Shown: positions 41,117 through 47,714 of the stretch, one piece after another
Layout of the letters: each line of letters opens with the position of its first letter
Position numbering within the stretch: the first letter of the stretch is position 1
Virus record (IMG/VR): IMGVR_UViG_2541047681_000007
Source of the DNA: a virus
Taxonomy: Duplodnaviria; Heunggongvirae; Uroviricota; Caudoviricetes
DNA: 47,714 bases
Direction: 5' to 3' (one strand)
The notes under the pieces: generated by a model
Told to the model about the DNA's origin: nothing
Database searches by the model: none
The model's input: only the letters and a program-made list of their open reading frames with translations
Translations under genes and position numbers: made by a program

Positions 41117-41941
41117 ATGTCTCAGAACTTAGACGCAACCGCAATTAATCAAATCCATGCCCTTATTTCTGCTCAGGGTGTTAATGAAATTATCAGTAAG
41201 ATTGGTGCCGATGCTGTGGCATTGCCTGAGAATTTCCGCATTCATGATCTGGAAAAATTTAATTTAAATCGCTTCCGTTTCCGTGGTGCGCTTTCCACTG
41301 CCAGCATCGATGACTTTACCCGTTATTCTAAAGATCTTGCAGATGAAGGCACCCGCTGCTTTATCGATGCTGATAATATGCGTGCCGTCAGTGTGCTTAA
41401 CCTGGGTACTATTGATGAACCAGGTCACGCAGATAACACCGCCACTCTCAAACTGAAAAAGACAGCACCGTTCTCTGCTCTGTTGTCTGTTAATGGCGAG
41501 CGTAACTCCCAGAAATCACTGGCAGAATGGATTGAAGACTGGGCCGACTACCTTGTGGGCTTTGATGCTAATGGTGACACCATTCAGGCAACAAAAGCGG
41601 CTGCGGCGGTCCGTAAAATCACGATTGAAGCAAACCAGACCGCTGATTTTGAAGATAATGACTTCAGCGGCAAACGCTCCCTGATGGAGTCTGTCGAAGC
41701 GAAGACTAAAGACATTATGCCAGTGGCATTTGAATTTAAATGCGTTCCGTTTGAAGGCCTTAAAGAACGTCCGTTTAAATTACGCCTCAGCATTATCACT
41801 GGCGATCGTCCTGTACTGGTTCTGCGCATTATTCAGCTGGAAGCGGTGCAGGAAGAAATGGCTAACGAATTTCGTGATCTGCTTGTTGAGAAATTTAAAG
41901 ACAGCAAAGTAGAAACCTTTATTGGTACTTTCACCGCCTGA
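41117..41941 (+). CDS. yfdQ: YfdQ-like protein (DUF2303)
   Basis: 274 aa, same length as E. coli prophage protein YfdQ and same neighbourhood (followed by YfdR homolog). Confidence 0.6.
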   Translation: MSQNLDATAINQIHALISAQGVNEIISKIGADAVALPENFRIHDLEKFNLNRFRFRGALSTASIDDFTRYSKDLADEGTRCFIDADNMRAVSVLNLGTIDEPGHADNTATLKLKKTAPFSALLSVNGERNSQKSLAEWIEDWADYLVGFDANGDTIQATKAAAAVRKITIEANQTADFEDNDFSGKRSLMESVEAKTKDIMPVAFEFKCVPFEGLKERPFKLRLSIITGDRPVLVLRIIQLEAVQEEMANEFRDLLVEKFKDSKVETFIGTFTA

Positions 41942-42068
41942 TTTCATTACTGCAAATGCCCCTGCGGGGGCATTTATGGAAACATAATTTACTCAATAAT
42001 CGCCGGATGGTGATGGCTTCCTTTTACCAGAATTCAGCGTGGTGCAGCGCATATACGTGGAGAACAAA

Positions 42069-42593
42069 ATGTCATTTATTAAAACTTTTTCCGGGAAGCA
42101 TTTTTATTATGACAGGATAAATAAAGACGACATCGTGATTAACGATATCGCGGTTTCCCTTTCAAATATCTGTCGCTTTGCAGGACATCTTTCACACTTC
42201 TACAGCGTCGCCCAACATGCGGTGCTTTGCAGCCAGCTGGTACCGCAGGAATTTGCTTTTGAAGCGTTAATGCATGATGCAACAGAAGCATATTGCCAGG
42301 ACATCCCCGCACCACTGAAACGCCTTCTTCCTGACTATAAACGGATGGAAGAAAAAATAGACGCCGTAATCCGTGAGAAATACGGGTTACCTCCTGTTAT
42401 GAGCACGCCAGTGAAATATGCCGATCTCATCATGCTGGCAACCGAACGCCGCGATCTCGGGCTTGATGATGGCTCTTTCTGGCCCGTACTGGAAGGTATC
42501 CCGGCAACAGAGATGTTCAAAGTTATTCCACTGTCGCCAGGCCATTCCTATGGGATGTTTATGGAACGCTTTAAAGAGTTAACTGAGTCGTAA
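42069..42593 (+). CDS. yfdR: HD-domain 5-prime-deoxynucleotidase YfdR-like
   Basis: MSFIKTFSGKHFYYD..., HD motif region (SVAQHAVL...LMHDATEAY); ORF track starts 10 codons upstream at 42039. Confidence 0.7.
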   Translation: MSFIKTFSGKHFYYDRINKDDIVINDIAVSLSNICRFAGHLSHFYSVAQHAVLCSQLVPQEFAFEALMHDATEAYCQDIPAPLKRLLPDYKRMEEKIDAVIREKYGLPPVMSTPVKYADLIMLATERRDLGLDDGSFWPVLEGIPATEMFKVIPLSPGHSYGMFMERFKELTES

Positions 42594-42701
42594 AAATCAG
42601 CACGTACGAATTCAAACTCTGCCATAAAAGAACATATAAGTAATTTATTAACATATAGATATAGGTTATATTACAAATTGAAAAATTATTGGAGAGCAAC
42701 A

Positions 42702-43568
42702 ATGAATCAAAATCCATTCTCATTCTATGACTTTCTTGGATATTTAATACCAGGTGGTTTTTTTATCCTATTAATGTATTTCTGTGGTTTGACATTCGAT
42801 CTAGATATTGTTATTGACTTAACTGAATTGCTCAGAGGTCAAAGTCAAATCTTTGGCATTTTGAACTACGCTTCAATAGTTATTATATCTTATATAGCTG
42901 GACATTTTATTTCTATCACGTCAGCATTTTTTATCGAAAAATACATGAATAAAGAATTAGGATATCCTTCCAAATATCTATTTAAAAAATTGATAGATAT
43001 CTCAGAAAGCATTTGTAGCCCATCATGCGATGAGAGAAGCGCTGATAAAAAAACAAAAATAAAGAATCGCATAATCAAATGCGTATTATGTCCGATAATA
43101 CTATGGGATTTTGCAACACAAAAACTATGTTATTCTCAATCTCTACCATTTCATTTAGCTAATACAACATGGTTAATGATCAAAGAAGGTTATGAGAAAA
43201 AGTTCATAACAAATCGCCAATTATTACAAGATAAAAACGGACTTGATGATGATCTCTTCAGATTGGCATATCATTATGTTTATGAGTTTTCAAAACAACA
43301 TCAAACAAAAATTCAAAACTATGTTGCATTATATGGTTTTTGCAGAAACATATGTTTAATCTTTATAATTTCATTTTGGGTATCAGTTCCAACCTTTATT
43401 TATCGGTTATGTACTCATAGTGATTATCTTTATAGTTTACTTTCAATAATGCTTAGCTTTTTCTTCGTCTATGTTTTCTATGTTGGTTTTGTTAAATTTT
43501 ATAGAAGATATACTTTAGAAGTATTAATGGCATTTGCTGTACTTCAAAGTAACGACACTATTCGTTAA
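42702..43568 (+). CDS. Hypothetical polytopic membrane protein, AT-rich moron
   Basis: 288 aa from ATG preceded by GGAGAG; multiple hydrophobic helices (LGYLIPGGFFILLMYFCGL, IFGILNYASIVIISYIAGHFISI, ICLIFIISFWVSVPTFIY, LLSIMLSFFFVYVFYVGFV); low GC; ORF track starts at 42678. Confidence 0.55.
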   Translation: MNQNPFSFYDFLGYLIPGGFFILLMYFCGLTFDLDIVIDLTELLRGQSQIFGILNYASIVIISYIAGHFISITSAFFIEKYMNKELGYPSKYLFKKLIDISESICSPSCDERSADKKTKIKNRIIKCVLCPIILWDFATQKLCYSQSLPFHLANTTWLMIKEGYEKKFITNRQLLQDKNGLDDDLFRLAYHYVYEFSKQHQTKIQNYVALYGFCRNICLIFIISFWVSVPTFIYRLCTHSDYLYSLLSIMLSFFFVYVFYVGFVKFYRRYTLEVLMAFAVLQSNDTIR

Positions 43569-43609
43569 TAATGTTGCTCCCGTGTGCAGACGGAATAATG
43601 GAGAAACGT

Positions 43610-43816
43610 ATGCTGAACCTCGATTGTGTTCCTATCTCAACTTATTGCAAAGAAACTGGCGAAACTCCTGAAGCAATAAACAAACGTGTACAGCGCGGTG
43701 TTTGGCGTGAAGGTGTTCAGGTTTTAAAGGTTGAAGGCGTTAAGGAGAGGTGGATTGATCTTAGTGAGGTTGCAAAATGGGCCAGACAAAACTGCTCAAA
43801 CTACCGCGCGGCGTAA
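43610..43816 (+). CDS. xis: Excisionase-like DNA-binding protein (Xis/AlpA-type)
   Basis: small basic protein immediately upstream of and overlapping int; GGAG 6 nt upstream of ATG at 43610; ORF track starts at 43571. Confidence 0.5.
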   Translation: MLNLDCVPISTYCKETGETPEAINKRVQRGVWREGVQVLKVEGVKERWIDLSEVAKWARQNCSNYRAA

Positions 43817-44943
43817 CAATCAGGAAACACCGCCAGGGAGAAACGATCAATATAACTTTCACCTACAAAGGAGTTAGATGTCGTGAGCCGCTTTCCAATC
43901 TGGAAGTAACACCAAAGAACATTAAATACGCCGAGCGTACACTCGGCGAAATCCATAATAAGATCGAAAGGGGAACATTCATTTATGCAGAATATTTTCC
44001 CCGTTCTGCTCGTTTAAAAATTTTTGGTAATGCTGCTGCAGGCAAAACGGTAAAGATGTACCTGGACGAATATCTTGAAATCTGCGAAACAAGAAAACTT
44101 TCACCCTCTACGATTGGTGGCTATAAAAAATGCCGTAGTGCGTTAGCCTCACTTCACATTTGCCCTGCAAGTGAATTAACACCAGCAACCCTGAAAGCGT
44201 GGATTCAAAGCCAGAAAACAACCTTAAAAACCATTCGCAACCAGTTATCTTTCCTGCGGTCAGCACTTGATGAAGCCGTGACCGATGGGGTACTTCAAAT
44301 TAACCCCGTATCGTTAGTAACAGCTTCGCGCTACCAAAGTGATAAGTCAGAAGCAGAAAGCAGCTATGTGGTTGATCCGCTATCACCAGCAGAAGTTGAT
44401 GCATTACTAGCAGCAGCCGGAAACAAACAATGGGAAAATCTGTTCCGGTTCGCCATACATACAGGCCTGCGTAGTTCTGAATTATGTGCCCTACGATGGC
44501 ATGATATCGACTTTGTTGGAAAAACAGCCCATGTTCAGAGCGCAAGTGTTGTCGGAGTTATCAAAGGAACAAAGACAAAAGCCGGTACCCGTAAAGTTGA
44601 ACTGACTGAAGAAGCAATGTTGGCGTTGATAAACCAGAAGCCATTTACATTCATGAAGGATGCTACTGTCTTTGAAGATCCAAAGACCAATAAACCCTGG
44701 GCAAGTGCTGATGCAATTAGGAAAAAAGCATGGGTGCCAACATTGCGAAAAGCAGGTATTCGTTACAGAAACCCATATCAAACCAGGCATACATTCGCCA
44801 CCAGCCATATCAGCCGGGGAGCAAACCTGTTTTGGCTTGCAGCTCAAATGGGGCATAAAGGGCCTGAGATGCTTTTCAGGCACTATGGCTCATATCTGAA
44901 GGAATATGATGGACAAACAAGCTTGAAGAAGATAACAATATAA
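43777..44943 (+). CDS. int: Tyrosine integrase (phage integrase family)
   Basis: 388 aa; catalytic-region motifs RHTFATSH and LFRHYGSY (R...HxxR...Y), N-terminal arm-binding-like domain. Confidence 0.85.
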   Translation: MGQTKLLKLPRGVTIRKHRQGETINITFTYKGVRCREPLSNLEVTPKNIKYAERTLGEIHNKIERGTFIYAEYFPRSARLKIFGNAAAGKTVKMYLDEYLEICETRKLSPSTIGGYKKCRSALASLHICPASELTPATLKAWIQSQKTTLKTIRNQLSFLRSALDEAVTDGVLQINPVSLVTASRYQSDKSEAESSYVVDPLSPAEVDALLAAAGNKQWENLFRFAIHTGLRSSELCALRWHDIDFVGKTAHVQSASVVGVIKGTKTKAGTRKVELTEEAMLALINQKPFTFMKDATVFEDPKTNKPWASADAIRKKAWVPTLRKAGIRYRNPYQTRHTFATSHISRGANLFWLAAQMGHKGPEMLFRHYGSYLKEYDGQTSLKKITI

Positions 44944-44959
44944 TCCAAGCATGAAACTA

Positions 44960-44985
44960 TTGGCCACAATTTGTGGCCATTTTAC
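44960..44985 (+). terminator. Hairpin terminator downstream of int
   Basis: TTGGCCACAA-T-TTGTGGCCA perfect inverted repeat followed by TTTTAC. Confidence 0.5.
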
Positions 44986-45001
44986 GGAGCAAGATAGAAA
45001 C

Positions 45002-46735
45002 ATGGCAAATCAAATTACCAAACTAAAAAATATAAATGTTGTGAAGTTTCGCGGACTGAAAAATATAAACATCGAGTTTGGTTCTCGCCTAACTGTTATT
45101 TGTGGTAAAAATGGCACATCTAAATCCACAATTCTTGGCATTATCGCCCAAATATTTAGCTTTACAAAGGACTTTACCAAAAACCCTGAGACTGATTTAA
45201 CACAATATAAAACATTAACAAATGGCAGCTTCAAGTCAGCTTTCAGCGAACATTTTAGGCTTTCAGAACAATTTGATGTTCCTGGTTCAATGGACGTCAA
45301 AATTAGTGTCTATGATGGTGCATCGAACAAACATCTTGAAAAACTAACATTAGGTTTATACAGCTACAGTGACAGAGATAAATCAAGGCCTGTAGTCAGG
45401 GGAAATGATTCAATACCGGAAAAAAACCAAAGTAGAAACGTTACTCATCCTGTTATTTTTTTAAGCTTAGCACGACTTCTTCCTATTACATTAAGGACTG
45501 ATTACTCAACACGGGATGTTCAGTACATCAATGAAAATTCTGATGAAATCAGAATGATGAGTAACCAACTCTTACTAAAAAACAATGGAAGCTCAGTAAC
45601 AGCAACAAAAGGTACTATCGATTCAATGGTTGTCCATGGTGACAATTATGATCACCAATCAGTATCTGTTGGTGAAGATAATGTTGGACAATTAATCCAA
45701 GCAATTTTTTCATTTAAAAGATTGAAGGAAACTTATTCTGATTATCATGGCGGAATATTGTTAATTGATGAAGCCGATGCAGGTCTTTTCCCTGCTGCAC
45801 AGTTAGAGCTAATTAATATTCTAACTAAAGCAGCAAAACAATACGATCTGCAAATAATCATGACCTCGCACTCTCCATTAATAATAGAGGATATCTATAA
45901 TCGTTCAAAACAAGATAGTGATAGCTTTAAAACAATATATCTTACAGACACATATGGAGATATTAAAACAAAGAATAATCTTTCATGGACAGATATCCAC
46001 GCTGATTTACATGTTGAAACTGTAAAAATTAATGATGACATTTGTCTTCCAAAGGCAAATGTATATTTTGAAGACAAAGAAGGTTTCGACTTTTTCAAAC
46101 AATTGATAACAGATCGAAAAATAAATAAAATATTAAATCCATTAGGGAATATAAATATTAGCTGCTCTGCCATGCTTGACTTAATGGCAAGAAAAATACC
46201 AGAATTTACAGCTAAAAGCTTGATCGTCTTAGACGGTGATGTTGTTCACGACAATAGTGCTAATGCAAAAAAAGCCAAAAAAGAAAAAAACTTATGTTTG
46301 CTTCCAAGCACCTTACCTCCAGACCAAATGATTTTTGAGTTTTTATATAATTTACCACCTGATGATGCATATTGGGAAAATAAAAATAAATTTACAAAAG
46401 CTGTTTTTATGAAAACAGCTAAAGACATAATTGCAACGCTAAAGATTGGTAACGCTCCGATTGATTTAAAAATCCTTATAGATAATTATAAAAAAGTTAA
46501 CAAAAACCATGGCGGGATAGTTAGAAAACTGTTTAAAGATTTTGCACATACGACTCAATTTCAGGCCCAAGTAAAAGGGCGAGTTAAAGATAACCCATAT
46601 CGATATTGGGTCGAGAAAAATCCTGTGCAATCGGATAGCTTCAAGAATGAACTAATAAAGAGTCTTAAAGTTATTATGACAAGTGGACATGGTGTCGATT
46701 CTGCTACCATCTCATCATATCTGTCAGATAACTAA
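45002..46735 (+). CDS. OLD-family nuclease-like protein (N-terminal ABC-type ATPase, C-terminal TOPRIM-like domain)
   Basis: Walker A CGKNGTSKST, Walker B ILLIDEADAGLFP, H-loop-like TSHSP; C-terminal region with EG-x-D (FEDKEGFD) and DxD (LIVLDGDVV) TOPRIM-like motifs; 577 aa from ATG 45002 (MANQITKL...), comparable to P2 Old; ORF track starts at 44951 inside the int terminator. Confidence 0.6.
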   Translation: MANQITKLKNINVVKFRGLKNINIEFGSRLTVICGKNGTSKSTILGIIAQIFSFTKDFTKNPETDLTQYKTLTNGSFKSAFSEHFRLSEQFDVPGSMDVKISVYDGASNKHLEKLTLGLYSYSDRDKSRPVVRGNDSIPEKNQSRNVTHPVIFLSLARLLPITLRTDYSTRDVQYINENSDEIRMMSNQLLLKNNGSSVTATKGTIDSMVVHGDNYDHQSVSVGEDNVGQLIQAIFSFKRLKETYSDYHGGILLIDEADAGLFPAAQLELINILTKAAKQYDLQIIMTSHSPLIIEDIYNRSKQDSDSFKTIYLTDTYGDIKTKNNLSWTDIHADLHVETVKINDDICLPKANVYFEDKEGFDFFKQLITDRKINKILNPLGNINISCSAMLDLMARKIPEFTAKSLIVLDGDVVHDNSANAKKAKKEKNLCLLPSTLPPDQMIFEFLYNLPPDDAYWENKNKFTKAVFMKTAKDIIATLKIGNAPIDLKILIDNYKKVNKNHGGIVRKLFKDFAHTTQFQAQVKGRVKDNPYRYWVEKNPVQSDSFKNELIKSLKVIMTSGHGVDSATISSYLSDN

Positions 46736-46743
46736 TTGATTAA

Positions 46744-46781
46744 AAAGGGCTTTATGTGATGGCCACAAAGCCCTTTTTTTG
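46744..46781 (+). terminator. Hairpin terminator between OLD-like gene and methyltransferase gene
   Basis: AAGGGCTTT...AAAGCCCTT inverted repeat followed by TTTTTTT. Confidence 0.5.
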
Positions 46782-46814
46782 ATATACTTTAGATCTGACA
46801 TTTAGAGGTATCAT

Positions 46815-47714
46815 ATGCGTTTTAACACCCCACTTCGCTATCCTGGCGGTAAAGGCAAGCTTGCAAATTTCATGCTTCGGCTTATTGAAGAAAATAATCT
46901 TTCGCCTATACATTATGCCGAACCATATGCTGGGGGTGCTGGTTTAGCATTGAAACTGTTACATCTAAATGCAGCTGAAAAAATCATCCTTAATGATATT
47001 AATATTTCTGTTTATGCTTTTTGGCACAGTGTATTAAATCATGCAGATCAATTATGTTCTTTAATTGAAAGAACTGAAGTTACAATGGATGAATGGTTTA
47101 GGCAGAAAGATATAATTAATAATCCTAAAGACCATGATCTTTTAACAATTGGTTTCTCAACCTTTTTTCTCAATAGAACAAATCGCTCTGGAATATTAAA
47201 AGGTGGAGTAATTGGCGGTAAAAATCAAGAAGGGAAATGGAAGCTTGACGCTCGCTATAATAAGAGTGATTTGATTTCTCGAATCCATAAAATATCAGAA
47301 AATCGTCACAGAATAGATTTATATAACATGGATGCAATTGATTTCATTAAAAAAATAGTTATTCAATTGCCACAAAACTCATTAACATATTTGGATCCAC
47401 CTTATTACATAAAAGGTAAAGGTTTATATATCAACCATTATAATCATGATGATCATGTTAGGGTTGCAAAAGTCGTACAGAATAATATTAAAACACCTTG
47501 GATTGTTTCTTACGATAACACTCCTGAGATCCAAGCTATGTATAAGACATCATCATTAGTATATGGAATAAACTACAGTGCTCAAGATCGGTACAAAGGA
47601 TCTGAGGTAATGTTCTTCAGTGAACGATTGAAAATCTTTAAAACAGATGATCCAACTAAGGTAAAAGCGCCTGTATTTAAAAGAGGATGTGTTGACGACC
47701 ACATCCAGACATAA
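46815..47714 (+). CDS. Dam-like DNA N6-adenine methyltransferase (D12 class)
   Basis: N-terminal YPGGKGKL and EPYAGGAGLAL (AdoMet binding), FFLNRTNRSG, catalytic DPPYY; stop codon is the last three bases of the window. Confidence 0.75.
   Translation: MRFNTPLRYPGGKGKLANFMLRLIEENNLSPIHYAEPYAGGAGLALKLLHLNAAEKIILNDINISVYAFWHSVLNHADQLCSLIERTEVTMDEWFRQKDIINNPKDHDLLTIGFSTFFLNRTNRSGILKGGVIGGKNQEGKWKLDARYNKSDLISRIHKISENRHRIDLYNMDAIDFIKKIVIQLPQNSLTYLDPPYYIKGKGLYINHYNHDDHVRVAKVVQNNIKTPWIVSYDNTPEIQAMYKTSSLVYGINYSAQDRYKGSEVMFFSERLKIFKTDDPTKVKAPVFKRGCVDDHIQT

Noticed and set aside
44944-45001. Prophage attachment site directly after int
   Set aside because: Only 58 bp separate int from the next gene and the interval is filled by a terminator hairpin; no direct repeat of it found at the other end of the prophage in the window. 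The att sites probably lie outside the window.
44960-46781. Shared TGGCCACAA motif in the hairpins after int and after the OLD-like gene as a possible recombination site
   Set aside because: Only a 9-mer is shared and the contexts differ; most likely coincidental.

Overview
The window is almost entirely a lambdoid (phage 21/lambda-like) prophage lying on the minus strand, flanked on both sides by defence-type cargo. From the left: a convergent EcoRII-like restriction endonuclease / Dcm-type C5-cytosine methyltransferase pair, a GIY-YIG nuclease-domain gene, then the lambda-like tail module (tfa, stf, lom, J, I, K, L, M, H, G/T, V, U, Z), head genes (FII-like, small head protein, S49 protease-major capsid fusion, portal, W-like), a terminase large subunit gene split by an IS21-family element (istA/istB), terminase small subunit, a cos-like site, a phage-21-type lysis cassette (pinholin, SAR endolysin, Rz/Rz1), a DNA methyltransferase gene carrying an in-frame stop, an AT-rich membrane-protein moron on the opposite strand, Q antiterminator, nin-region-like genes (DUF968-like, KilA-N/antirepressor, RusA, LexA-like), an O-like replication initiator with internal iterons, a frameshifted small gene, CII-like, cro, divergent cI, then plus-strand early-left genes (YfdP/YfdQ/YfdR-like), a second AT-rich membrane moron, an excisionase-like gene and a tyrosine integrase. 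Beyond the integrase sit an OLD-family ATPase-TOPRIM nuclease and a Dam-like N6-adenine methyltransferase. The prophage looks defective (IS-split terminase, nonsense and frameshift lesions). The most interesting candidates for undescribed function are the OLD-like nuclease plus Dam-like methyltransferase cassette, the two AT-rich membrane morons, the GIY-YIG gene, and a long structured early-left leader with an intrinsic terminator but no recognisable N protein. All calls rest on reading the ORF translations and sequence by eye; no database search was run. CDS coordinates follow the supplied ORF track (stop codon included); coordinates of hairpins and motifs were read from the line numbering and may be off by 1-2 nt.
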